A program made the translations under genes and the position numbers. From the NCBI GenBank assembly GCA_049890035.1, contig JBMHCG010000033.1, forward strand, positions 13,536 to 77,535: a stretch of 64,000 bases of DNA. The letters are read 5' to 3'. The notes beneath the pieces were generated by a model. That model was not told the DNA's origin. It searched no databases and saw nothing but the letters and a program-made list of their open reading frames with translations. The stretch comes from Flavobacteriaceae bacterium (GTDB lineage Bacteria > Bacteroidota > Bacteroidia > Flavobacteriales > Flavobacteriaceae). Shown here in pieces: positions 9,892-19,504 of this stretch (the first letter of the stretch is position 1; each line of letters begins with the position of its first letter).

Positions 9892-10332
9892 TTAATCTAC
9901 TTCTGCATTTTCTGGGTTTTTTGATTTCACTCCAAAAACCTCAAAATCTGCCGAATAAGTTCTGTTTATATCTGATTTCAAAATTTCATCCCAGATTCGA
10001 TGAACAACTCCTTTATGAAGACTTCCCTTTGATGTAAATTTAACATATATACCACCTTTAAATTCTTGTCCAATTATTCCCTTTAGTATTTTGTGTAATG
10101 AATCTACTTCACAACCTAAAATAGTATCGTATGGTTGGGTGAAGTCTCCTTGATAGTTTGTGTAAATTGAAAAAATTGGGTTATCAGTTTTATTAGGAAT
10201 ATTATCAGTAATGTTGTCACCTAAAAATATATTCCATAATTCTCCTATGTCTTTTGTGGATTGCCCATTTTCACTGGTTGTTCTTACTTTTAATCCGCAA
10301 ATCTTGAATGGTTTAATACTTTCTTTTTGCAT
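9892..10332 (-). CDS. GyrI-like / AraC effector-binding-domain small protein
   Basis: 146 aa. The N-terminus (KPFKICGLKVRTTSENG...IGELWNIF) and the ADFEVF ending are typical of the GyrI-like fold. Confidence 0.55.
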   Translation of the reverse strand: MQKESIKPFKICGLKVRTTSENGQSTKDIGELWNIFLGDNITDNIPNKTDNPIFSIYTNYQGDFTQPYDTILGCEVDSLHKILKGIIGQEFKGGIYVKFTSKGSLHKGVVHRIWDEILKSDINRTYSADFEVFGVKSKNPENAEVD

Positions 10333-10366
10333 TTTTTTGTTTTATAAATTTTTGGGGTTCTAATGT

Positions 10367-10789
10367 TTATTGATTGGAGCTTAGGGCGGTTAACAAACGA
10401 AACAAGCGCTCTTGGTCTTCTTCTCTGATATGATTCAGGTAAAAGGCGATCATCTTACTTTTGGTCAGGGTTAGATAAAGGATCGCTCCTTTTTTTTCCA
10501 CGGCTTTTATACGTGCAAAGGGCAATGTTTTTCCAATGAAACGATAGGGCTTGATGCGGATAACACAACCTTTGCGGTTCCATTGTATGGTGTTTTTGTA
10601 CCAATACAAGCGAGAGAAATAAAGTACCAGAAGACTGTGTATTGCCAGTAAAAATATATTTAGGATTTTGGACTCAAAAGCCCAATAATAGTACCCTCCA
10701 ATTGACAAGAAGATAAAAAAGAATGCGAGTACGGGCAATACATTCCAGGGGTTTTTCCAACGCAGGCGGTCAAAGTAAATCTTTTCCAT
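10367..10789 (-). CDS. Membrane protein, unknown function
   Basis: Two TM helices followed by a small soluble domain. The track start at 10798 is TTG; the first ATG is at 10789 (MEKIYFD...). Confidence 0.45.
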   Translation of the reverse strand: MEKIYFDRLRWKNPWNVLPVLAFFFIFLSIGGYYYWAFESKILNIFLLAIHSLLVLYFSRLYWYKNTIQWNRKGCVIRIKPYRFIGKTLPFARIKAVEKKGAILYLTLTKSKMIAFYLNHIREEDQERLFRLLTALSSNQ

Positions 10790-10841
10790 GGTTATCAAGT
10801 TTGGGTGCCCCTACAAGGTAAAAATTTTTTATTTTCCCTCC

Positions 10842-13031
10842 ATGAACAGTAACACCAAAATGATGCAATCTTTCCGATACTTCCTACTTTTAATGTCTAC
10901 CACTCTTATTGTTTCAGCACAAGAACTATCAATCAAATCCATTTTTGGTGGCGAATTTGATCCCCAACGTTTGGAACGATACCGGTCAATGAACGATGGA
11001 CGTCATTACACCGTATTAGAATCTGATGCGGAAAAGAAGATCGCTAAAATAGTTACCTATGCGTATTTGGATGGGCAAGCTCAAACAGTTGTTTTGGCTA
11101 GTGGCGATTCAGTACCTTATTTTACGTCGTATAGCTTTTCATCGGACGAAAAGAAATTATTGATAGCAACTTCAGAATATCCTATTTATCGCCGTTCGAA
11201 ACAGGCCATCTATTACGTATACGATCGGATAACCCAACAATTAACCCCTTTATTCGATCCAGAAGATTCGTACCCTTGGATACAAGAGCCCAAATTTTCT
11301 CCTGATGGGAACCAGGTTGCTTTTGTTCACCTGCGCAACATATATATCAAGAACTTGGTGTCGGGGGAACTGCAACAAATAACAACGGATGGGGGTGTTG
11401 ATATTAGTAATGGATTGACAGATTGGGTGTATGAAGAAGAATTTGGATATGTCCGTGCTTTTGATTGGAATGCAACAGGTACCCATTTAGCGTATTTGCG
11501 TTTTGACGAATCCAAAGTACCTGTATTCTCTATGGATATCTATGGCAACGAAGTCTATCCATACCCGTATCAATTTCGTTATCCCAAAGCGGGTGAAATC
11601 AATGCAACGGTAAGCATCCATGTATTTTCTTTAACCACCAATGTGCATCAGTCTCTTGATTTGGGCGTTCCAATGCCAGAATACATTCCACGCTTCCAGT
11701 TTTCTAACGATCCCAAACAATTGAGTGTCCAGACACTCAACCGTCACCAAAATCACTTGCAATTATGGGCGTTGGATGTAACTTCGGGGGAGGCAACCCT
11801 ATTGATAGAAGAAAAGGACAAACGCTATGTAGATGTGCACAGCAATCTCACATTTCTGGAAGACAATAGCTTTTTATGGACCAGCGATCGTGATGGTTAC
11901 AACCACCTCTACCACTTCAGCCCACAAGGGATATTGAAAACCCAATTGACCCGTGGTTCCTGGGAGGTAACGGCCTTTTATCTTTACAGTCCTCAGAATA
12001 AGGAAGTTTACTACGCTTCAACGGAAATAGGAAGTACCCAACGTGCCGTTTATGGAGTTTCATTGAATGGTAAACGCAAGCGATTGTTGTCCTATGATCA
12101 CGGCTACAATGGTGCCTTATTTAGTAAAAACGCTCGGTATTATATCCATTCTTTTTCTGATGAGCAGACGCCACCAGTGTATCAGCTTCGAAAAACAGCT
12201 ACCACCAAAGTAATACGAACAGTATTGGACAACGCAGAATTAAAAACACGACTGGAAGCACTTTCCTTGCCTCAAAAAGAATTTTCTACCCTTTCGGTCA
12301 ATGGAAAAGATCTAAATATGTGGTTGCTCAAACCCACCGATTTTAGTCCAGACAAACAGTACCCGTTGTTGATGTTTCAGTACTCGGGTCCGGGGTCCCA
12401 GCAAGTTTCTAAACGATGGGGGTCCCAACGTGATTTATGGCATGCTTTATTGACTAAAAAAGGGTATCTCATAGCTTGTGTTGACGGGCGTGGTACGGGC
12501 TTTCGAGGTGCTGATTTTAAAAAACAAACCTATTTGAATTTGGTAAAATACGAAACAGAAGATCAAATTGAAGCGGCGCGTTTGTTGGGCAAGCGATCCT
12601 ATATAGATGCCCGACGCATGGGTATCTGGGGCTGGAGTTTTGGTGGACATATGGCCTTGCAAAGTATATTGACAGGCAATGCAGTCTTTGCAGCTGCAAT
12701 TTCTGTTGCTCCTGTGACCACATGGCGTTTTTATGATACGATCTACACGGAACGTTTTTTGCGTACCCCACAGGAAAATCCAGAAGGTTATGATTTGAAT
12801 TCCCCCATCAATTATGCTGATCAATTGAAAGGAAAGCTGCTTTTGATTCATGGTAGTGGAGATGATAATGTGCATGTGCAAAATTCAATGCGTATGATAG
12901 ACGCTTTGATTGAGGCAGACAAGGCCTTTGATTGGGCTATTTATCCCGATCAGAATCACGGAATTGGTGCGGGAAATGCACGTATCCACCTCTACCAAAA
13001 AATGACTACTTTTATCCAAACCAAATTGTAA
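10842..13031 (+). CDS. Dipeptidyl-peptidase IV (S9B prolyl dipeptidyl aminopeptidase)
   Basis: Catalytic GWSFGG, DDNVH and HG triad context, with a beta-propeller N-terminal half. ATG at 10842 gives a signal peptide; the track start at 10788 overlaps the divergent gene. Confidence 0.85.
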   Translation: MNSNTKMMQSFRYFLLLMSTTLIVSAQELSIKSIFGGEFDPQRLERYRSMNDGRHYTVLESDAEKKIAKIVTYAYLDGQAQTVVLASGDSVPYFTSYSFSSDEKKLLIATSEYPIYRRSKQAIYYVYDRITQQLTPLFDPEDSYPWIQEPKFSPDGNQVAFVHLRNIYIKNLVSGELQQITTDGGVDISNGLTDWVYEEEFGYVRAFDWNATGTHLAYLRFDESKVPVFSMDIYGNEVYPYPYQFRYPKAGEINATVSIHVFSLTTNVHQSLDLGVPMPEYIPRFQFSNDPKQLSVQTLNRHQNHLQLWALDVTSGEATLLIEEKDKRYVDVHSNLTFLEDNSFLWTSDRDGYNHLYHFSPQGILKTQLTRGSWEVTAFYLYSPQNKEVYYASTEIGSTQRAVYGVSLNGKRKRLLSYDHGYNGALFSKNARYYIHSFSDEQTPPVYQLRKTATTKVIRTVLDNAELKTRLEALSLPQKEFSTLSVNGKDLNMWLLKPTDFSPDKQYPLLMFQYSGPGSQQVSKRWGSQRDLWHALLTKKGYLIACVDGRGTGFRGADFKKQTYLNLVKYETEDQIEAARLLGKRSYIDARRMGIWGWSFGGHMALQSILTGNAVFAAAISVAPVTTWRFYDTIYTERFLRTPQENPEGYDLNSPINYADQLKGKLLLIHGSGDDNVHVQNSMRMIDALIEADKAFDWAIYPDQNHGIGAGNARIHLYQKMTTFIQTKL

Positions 13032-13041
13032 GAAACGCAAT

Positions 13042-14571
13042 ATGACTGCTGTACCCAACGAACCTCAATCAGACCTATTCGGTCATCCTAGGGGACTGTT
13101 TTACTTATTTTTCGCTGAATTATGGGAACGGTTTAGTTTTTATGGGATGCGTGCTTTGTTGACCCTTTACATGGTCAATGAGATTTTCGAAGCCTTGATG
13201 AATCGGGATATGGCAGCCGCCGCTGTCTATGCGTCCTATGGTTCTTTGGTGTATGCCTCAACCGTAGTAGGAGGGCGTATTTCGGATGTGTATTTAGGGT
13301 ATCGACGCTCGATTTACTTGGGTGGTATTTTAATGGCACTGGGTCATTTCGTTTTAGCCATAGATAATACTACCGCTTTCTTTTTGGCTTTGGCATTCAT
13401 TGTGGTTGGGAATGGGTTTTTCAAACCCAATATTTCTACATTTGTCGGTTCGCTCTATCCAGATGGCGACCAGCGCAAAGATTCGGGTTTTGTCATTTTC
13501 TACATGGGTATCAATATCGGTGGTTGGATTGCCCCTTTACTATGTGGCTATCTGGGACGCGAATACGGCTGGCATTATGGATTTGGACTGGCAGGGTTTG
13601 GAATGTTGACAGGACTTCTATTTTTTTGGCAAGGTGTGCGGAAAGGGGTTTTTGGCGATCGCGGCCTACCCGTTAACGAAGCGCTTTTACACGCACCTGT
13701 TGCAGGGATAAAACGGTCCATTCTTATTCCCATTCTCGCCTTCTTGACCGCACCTTTGATAGCCTATTTATTGGCCTCTTATCAATCGATAGGGAATGGA
13801 ACGACTTGGTTGGGCGATCAAAATTTAGTCAATGTCTTTTTCAAGATTATCGGTCTGTTCATCCTCATCTACATGGCCTATATCCTTCAGCAGGCTTCGG
13901 CAGAAGAACGTAAAAAGTTATTTGCTGCGCTATTGTTTACCTTATTTATAACTCTTTTCTGGGGTTTTCACGAATTGTCAGGATCTGTTATTACTCTTTT
14001 TGCTGCTCGCAATGTCAATTTAAGCCTAATGGATGCCGCACAAACCAATTCACTGAATTCCATGTTCATTATCCTTCTTTCTATCCCTTTGTCGTGGTTG
14101 TTTACTCGATTGCGTTCTATGGGTAGGGATCCGAGAACACCTATGAAATTTGGGTTGGGTCTTTTGTTCGCGGGATTGAGCTTTTATTTACTTTCCATCA
14201 GTGGCCTGTCTGCAGATGATGGTGGACGCGTGCCGTTTAGTTATTTGTTAATTATGTATTTCCTTCTGTCGGTTGGCGAATTGTTCATGTCCCCAGTAGG
14301 CTTATCGAAAATCACGGATTTGTCACCAAAGCGAATTGTAGCATTTATGATGGGTGTTTGGTTTTTATCTTCTGCTTATGCTTTTCAGTTGGTTGGCTTC
14401 ATTGGCAAGCAACTTGCTATTGAAAGCAGCGATAGTAATGTGAGTGGCTATCAATCGTTGGATATTTATCTCGATGGTTTTAATTTGATTGCCAAATACG
14501 CCTTGGGTGCTGCTCTGATCATTCTGATTTTCTCCCGCTGGATTAATAAACTGATGGCGGACGTTCATTAA
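13042..14571 (+). CDS. Proton-dependent oligopeptide transporter (POT/PTR2 family)
   Basis: PTR2 signatures FAELWERFSFYGMRALL and FKPNISTFVG in a polytopic membrane protein. Sits immediately downstream of DPP-IV. Confidence 0.85.
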   Translation: MTAVPNEPQSDLFGHPRGLFYLFFAELWERFSFYGMRALLTLYMVNEIFEALMNRDMAAAAVYASYGSLVYASTVVGGRISDVYLGYRRSIYLGGILMALGHFVLAIDNTTAFFLALAFIVVGNGFFKPNISTFVGSLYPDGDQRKDSGFVIFYMGINIGGWIAPLLCGYLGREYGWHYGFGLAGFGMLTGLLFFWQGVRKGVFGDRGLPVNEALLHAPVAGIKRSILIPILAFLTAPLIAYLLASYQSIGNGTTWLGDQNLVNVFFKIIGLFILIYMAYILQQASAEERKKLFAALLFTLFITLFWGFHELSGSVITLFAARNVNLSLMDAAQTNSLNSMFIILLSIPLSWLFTRLRSMGRDPRTPMKFGLGLLFAGLSFYLLSISGLSADDGGRVPFSYLLIMYFLLSVGELFMSPVGLSKITDLSPKRIVAFMMGVWFLSSAYAFQLVGFIGKQLAIESSDSNVSGYQSLDIYLDGFNLIAKYALGAALIILIFSRWINKLMADVH

Positions 14572-14580
14572 AATAATGCT

Positions 14581-15120
14581 ATGAAAAAATTTTTAGTTCT
14601 TAGTTTTCTTTGGATACATGCCCTCTCTTTTGCACAACAAATACAATGGATGACACTGGAAGAGGCCTTGGCAGCCCAGAAGAATGAACCTAAAAAAATC
14701 TTTATGGATGTCTACACAAAATGGTGTGGTCCCTGTAAACTGTTGGATCGAAAAACATTTGCCAATCCCTATGTTGCGGCCTATGTCAGTGAACATTACT
14801 ATGCTGTAAAGTTTGATGCAGAAGGACAAGAGACCATTAATTTTTTTGGCAACACATTCACCAATCCTAATTTTGACCCCAACCGGAAGGGCCGGAATGC
14901 AACCCACCAGTTCACTCAATTTTTAGGTGTTTCAGGCTATCCAACAATGGTTTTTTTAAGTGAAAATGGAGATCCCATCATGCCCGTGGTCGGGTATCAC
15001 ACCCCCCAGCAATTGGAAATGTATCTTAAAATGATCAAACAAGGAGATTATCAAATCTTTTCAAAGCCAGAAGATTTTGAAAACTACCGTAAAAACTTCA
15101 CCCCGCGTTTCAAGGGATAA
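14581..15120 (+). CDS. Secreted thioredoxin-fold protein
   Basis: Signal peptide plus the WCGPCK active-site motif; 179 aa. Confidence 0.75.
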   Translation: MKKFLVLSFLWIHALSFAQQIQWMTLEEALAAQKNEPKKIFMDVYTKWCGPCKLLDRKTFANPYVAAYVSEHYYAVKFDAEGQETINFFGNTFTNPNFDPNRKGRNATHQFTQFLGVSGYPTMVFLSENGDPIMPVVGYHTPQQLEMYLKMIKQGDYQIFSKPEDFENYRKNFTPRFKG

Positions 15121-17113
15121 ATGAAAATGCCTTTTCTGCTGTAGTGTAAAAGGAAATACTTTTTGCAGAACAGCTTTTTCTCCATCGTTCTGTATTCCAT
15201 GGGCCATTGCTGCCATCGGCAACTATGGTGTGGGGTCGCCACTGATTGATAACACGGTTCAAATGAATCTTGGGATTGTTTCTCAACAAAACGATATCAA
15301 CAGGGGGAACCGTATCCGTCAATACGCTGTCAAAATCAGCAATCAATACTTTTGTTTGATCGAAAACCAGATAACGCCAGAGGGTGTCTTTTTGTATTTT
15401 TCGGACTGGGTAGATTTTTTGGAACTGTTGCATTAATTTTTGCGTATGTGCTTCAGATGCATCCGTAAAAAGTTGTACGATTTCCTTTTCATACCAAAGG
15501 ATCACAGTCTTTTTTGATTGATGCAAAATCCAAAGCTGATTTTTAATCTTTACATTCTTATAATTGTGCCAACCGAGCAGTAGTACACAGCAAATGATAG
15601 TTCCCCAAGAATAGCGGGAGTGAATTTTACTTTTTTTCTGCCAGGGTAAGAACAGCAGAAGCATCAAAATATATAGCGTAATGACCATTTCCTTTGCGAT
15701 GTAAATGTCATCCCACAGAAAAGACTCATAGCTTGCTATGGTTTGTACTATGTGATGAATGCTAGCCACCAGAAGGTTGTAATTGGCCAATACTTCTGCC
15801 GGGATCCAATCGAATAGTAACCAGGGAGTTAACCCTACTGCTGCGACAAGAGATATACTGAAGAGGTGAAAAACAGCAAGATTGCTCAAAAGAAAAAGAG
15901 ATGGAAATTGGTTGAAATAATACAGTGTTAGTGGGGTAACGGCCAACTGCGCTGAATTGGATACGAGAACAAATTCCCAGACCCATTTTTTCCATTTCTT
16001 TTTAGGAACATAACTTTTTTTAGCAAGCTCGTTTCCTAACAGAATGCCAATAACAGCCAAATAACTCAACTGAAAACCGACTTGATATAAAAAAGGGGGA
16101 TACCAAAATAGTAGTAACCCGGCCGAAGCAAAAACACGTTGCAAGGGGGGTTGGAACCGTTTGCCCCATTGTCCTGCAAAAAGCATGGTAAATAGTGTCA
16201 CGGCACGAACAACAGCAGGCTGCATACCCGTAAGTATTGCAAACCCCCAAAGAATGAATACAAGGAGGATCATTTGAAGCCAACGCCCCCATTTCCAATA
16301 AAGGAGAGGTGTTAGGAGCCAGTTAAGAAGGAAAGAAATGATTCCAATATGCAATCCAGAAATAGCCAACAAATGAACAATACCCGCATTTTTATAGGCG
16401 GTTTGTAACTCATTTTCAATATACTGACGTTCTCCAAAAACAAGTGCTACCCAATGTGCGGAAGCTGACTGTGATAGGGAAGTGTTATGAATTTTCTTGA
16501 TTGCTCTGGTTTTCCAAACACGAATTTGGTCCCACCCACTCCATGTGTTTTTATTGATGTTACCATAGTTGCTAGGGGTCAGTTGGAGCTGGGACAGAAT
16601 AGATTTATTTTTCAAAAAGCGAGCGTAATCAAACGCCCCAGGGTTTTTAGGTTGCGCAACAGGAATCAAAGGCGATGAAGTAATATAGTGCTGTCCTATT
16701 TCCAACGGTTTTGAATGATCTTTTTTGGCGAGTGTGACAAGAATCTTCCCACAACTTGGTGCCGTCCCTAGCCCCAACACCTTTCCATAATAACGAAAGT
16801 CAAAATCATTGGGACGTAGGCTTTGCGTGATTTTAAAACGTACCATCTTTTGTTGTGGGAGTCGGCTGTAATGATTGGGTGGAAGTTTGAAATGAATGGC
16901 CGATGATATAGCACCCAGTACAATTATATTATAGTAGAAGATTGTTTTTGCAATCTGTCTTTTTGCAATCAATAGAAACGGTACAGAAAGCAGTGAAAGT
17001 CCAAAATAGATTGTCACAGTATCAAAGTAAGTGTCGAGGTAGTACCGTTCTATAAGTTGCCCAGCGATCAGTGCTAATAAGGCATAAAAAAGATGCGATT
17101 GAATTTGGGGCAT
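15110..17113 (-). CDS. ComEC/Rec2-family membrane protein
   Basis: 667 aa and polytopic. The competence-domain region (GIVHLLAISGLHIGI...) is typical of ComEC. No metallo-beta-lactamase domain is obvious. Confidence 0.7.
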   Translation of the reverse strand: MPQIQSHLFYALLALIAGQLIERYYLDTYFDTVTIYFGLSLLSVPFLLIAKRQIAKTIFYYNIIVLGAISSAIHFKLPPNHYSRLPQQKMVRFKITQSLRPNDFDFRYYGKVLGLGTAPSCGKILVTLAKKDHSKPLEIGQHYITSSPLIPVAQPKNPGAFDYARFLKNKSILSQLQLTPSNYGNINKNTWSGWDQIRVWKTRAIKKIHNTSLSQSASAHWVALVFGERQYIENELQTAYKNAGIVHLLAISGLHIGIISFLLNWLLTPLLYWKWGRWLQMILLVFILWGFAILTGMQPAVVRAVTLFTMLFAGQWGKRFQPPLQRVFASAGLLLFWYPPFLYQVGFQLSYLAVIGILLGNELAKKSYVPKKKWKKWVWEFVLVSNSAQLAVTPLTLYYFNQFPSLFLLSNLAVFHLFSISLVAAVGLTPWLLFDWIPAEVLANYNLLVASIHHIVQTIASYESFLWDDIYIAKEMVITLYILMLLLFLPWQKKSKIHSRYSWGTIICCVLLLGWHNYKNVKIKNQLWILHQSKKTVILWYEKEIVQLFTDASEAHTQKLMQQFQKIYPVRKIQKDTLWRYLVFDQTKVLIADFDSVLTDTVPPVDIVLLRNNPKIHLNRVINQWRPHTIVADGSNGPWNTERWRKSCSAKSISFYTTAEKAFSFIP

Positions 17114-17138
17114 CTTCCAAAATATAAAATCCTATGAA

Positions 17139-18245
17139 TTAAGACAAACTGTTGATAATCAACTGAGCAGTTTGTTTGCTGGCCCCCCCCTGATCAAGTT
17201 TCTGGCGCAAATTTTTATAGTGACCCAACAGTAACTTTCTTCCTCTAGGGGTAAGAATTTCCTCCATAGCCTCTTGAATGCTTATCGGATTACACTCTTT
17301 CTGAATCAATTCACGGACTACTTTTTTTTCTAAAATTAAATTTACCAGAGAGATGGATTCGAGCGTTACCCATTGCTTAGCGAGCCAGTAGCTGAAAGCA
17401 CTGGTTCGATAACACACCACTTGTGGGACACCAAATAGAGCTGTTTCTAATGTAGCGGTACCACTGGTAACCAAGGCAGCTGTTGCGATTTTAAGAAGGG
17501 GATAGGTTTGTCCAATAAGAAGCTGGCAGGGTGTATTTCCGATTAAATGGTTGTAGTAGTCATTGCCCAAACTAGGGATACCAGCAAGGACAAATTGATG
17601 GTTTGGGAAGTGGGGTACCAGATTTAAAAACAACGGGAGCATTTTCTGGATTTCTTGTTTGCGACTTCCTGGGAGTAGTGCAATAACGGGCTTTTCATCT
17701 GCCGGATAGAGTAGGGGAACGGCTGCTTCTACAGACTCTTTTTGAATGCTGTCCAAAAGGGGATGCCCTACATAGTATACCGCGTACTGGTGGTTTTTTA
17801 AGAAATAATCTTTTTCAAAGGGGAGAATGGTATACAAGGCCGTCAAATGCTGCTTCATTTTACGAACGCGATTGGCCTTCCATGCCCAAACTTGAGGACT
17901 GATGTAGAAGTGGTTTGGGAAGTTGTATTTTTTGGCCCAGGCAGCGATTCGTAAATTAAAACCAGGATAGTCAATATAAATGATTGCATCGGGTTGAAAC
18001 GCAAGGATATCCTTTTTACAAAAGCGTAGGTTACGAAGTATGGTAGGTAGATTTGAGATGACTTCCCAAAATCCCATAAAAGCAAGATCTCTATAATTTT
18101 TGACAAGAACCCCGCCGGCATTCTCCATCAATGCACCACCCCAACAGCGGATAGTAGCCGAAGAATCTATTTTACACAAGGCCTCGATCAGACGGGCACC
18201 ATGCAAATCTCCAGAAGCTTCACCTGCGATGATATAGTATTTCAT
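17139..18245 (-). CDS. lpxB: Lipid-A-disaccharide synthase
   Basis: Canonical N-terminus MKYYIIAGEASGDLHGA from ATG 18245. The track ORF extends 29 codons further upstream, into the neighbouring gene. Confidence 0.85.
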   Translation of the reverse strand: MKYYIIAGEASGDLHGARLIEALCKIDSSATIRCWGGALMENAGGVLVKNYRDLAFMGFWEVISNLPTILRNLRFCKKDILAFQPDAIIYIDYPGFNLRIAAWAKKYNFPNHFYISPQVWAWKANRVRKMKQHLTALYTILPFEKDYFLKNHQYAVYYVGHPLLDSIQKESVEAAVPLLYPADEKPVIALLPGSRKQEIQKMLPLFLNLVPHFPNHQFVLAGIPSLGNDYYNHLIGNTPCQLLIGQTYPLLKIATAALVTSGTATLETALFGVPQVVCYRTSAFSYWLAKQWVTLESISLVNLILEKKVVRELIQKECNPISIQEAMEEILTPRGRKLLLGHYKNLRQKLDQGGASKQTAQLIINSLS

Positions 18246-18321
18246 GAAGTAATTAGTTGCTGTAGTGCACTTGATCCAATCCTTTTGACCGACCTCCTCA
18301 CCTTTAAATTCAGAACCGTTC

Positions 18322-18603
18322 TCAATGGGCAATCTTTAATAAAGCGACAGCAATTACAAGAGTCAATGAAAAAATAAGTACACCAGTTGCGAAGCCTGAA
18401 TTGTTTTTTCGAATAGCAACAAAAAATAACAGTAAATTAATTAATGCGCCGAGACTGATTAACCCCCCCAGCTTCTTCTGATGATAAAGAAACTGGATAC
18501 TGTCAAAAGGATCGCCCTTCGAAGCCATTGCCGCTAGTAAAAATACACAGGAAGCCGTTGCCATCAAAGCTGCGAGCATTCCTTTTACAATAGTATTATT
18601 CAA
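18322..18603 (-). CDS. Small membrane protein, unknown function
   Basis: About 85-93 aa with three hydrophobic helices, wedged between surE and lpxB. The start is either TTG at 18603 or ATG at 18579. Confidence 0.4.
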   Translation of the reverse strand: MNNTIVKGMLAALMATASCVFLLAAMASKGDPFDSIQFLYHQKKLGGLISLGALINLLLFFVAIRKNNSGFATGVLIFSLTLVIAVALLKIAH

Positions 18604-19369
18604 ATTTCCAGGTATTTAAATTCTGAATAGCGTAATGCGCCGTTAAATCATATTGAACAGGTACCACTGAAATAAAATTATTTTCAAGGGCCCATTCGTC
18701 AGTATCTTCACCACCATCTTGGTTGATGAACTTTCCTGTTAACCAATAATACTCTCGTCCCATTGGATTGGTGCGTTTGTCAAATTCTTCTACCCAGTAG
18801 GCTTTGGCTTGACGGCAAATTTTAATCCCTTTAATAGGGGTTTCAACTCCTTTAGGGAAGTTTACATTGAGCACTACATTATCAGGAATACCATTTTTCA
18901 AAGCCTTTTGTGTGATCTCCTTAACAAAGGGTTTGATGATATCAAAATTGGCCCCCCAACGGAAATCCAACAGTGAGAATCCGATGGCAGGAATACCTTC
19001 TATACCGGCTTCCAAAGCGGCACTCATGGTACCAGAATATATTACATTAATGGAAGAATTTGATCCATGATTGATGCCGGAAACACACAGGTCAGGTTTT
19101 CTGTCAAGAAGCTCATTAACAGCAAGTTTGACGCAATCTGCTGGAGTCCCAGAACAACTGTATTCCAACTGGGGTCCCTCATCTAAAGAAATTTTACTGC
19201 AATGCAAGGTGGAATTGATAGTAATGGCATGACCCATACCAGATTGAGGACTGTCAGGAGCCACAACAACAACCTCGCCCAATTCATTCATTATTTCAAT
19301 TAATGCACGCAGTCCTGGGGCAGTGATACCGTCGTCATTGGTTACTAAAATCAAAGGTTTTTTTGCCAT
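18596..19369 (-). CDS. surE: 5'/3'-nucleotidase SurE
   Basis: N-terminal ILVTNDDGITAPGL and GINHGSN motifs; 257 aa. Confidence 0.9.
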   Translation of the reverse strand: MAKKPLILVTNDDGITAPGLRALIEIMNELGEVVVVAPDSPQSGMGHAITINSTLHCSKISLDEGPQLEYSCSGTPADCVKLAVNELLDRKPDLCVSGINHGSNSSINVIYSGTMSAALEAGIEGIPAIGFSLLDFRWGANFDIIKPFVKEITQKALKNGIPDNVVLNVNFPKGVETPIKGIKICRQAKAYWVEEFDKRTNPMGREYYWLTGKFINQDGGEDTDEWALENNFISVVPVQYDLTAHYAIQNLNTWKFE

Positions 19370-19504
19370 AATACATTGCTCTTGTTTTTCAAAAGTAGGA
19401 ATTCTCTATCGGATGCTCGCCACCCAGTTTAACAAAACTTTTATTAGTTGACCCAGTATATACGGGCATTTTGCGTATTTTAGAATCCTTAAATAAATTT
19501 TGCT

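Noticed and set aside
17139-18332. Track ORFs with long N-terminal extensions or non-ATG starts (lpxB, trxB 54024, DPP-IV 10788, DUF2141-like 31435, HMGR 9243, lipoprotein 50840).
   Set aside because: The extensions overlap neighbouring genes or terminators and lack signal or motif sense. Downstream ATGs give canonical N-termini, so the coordinates were trimmed.
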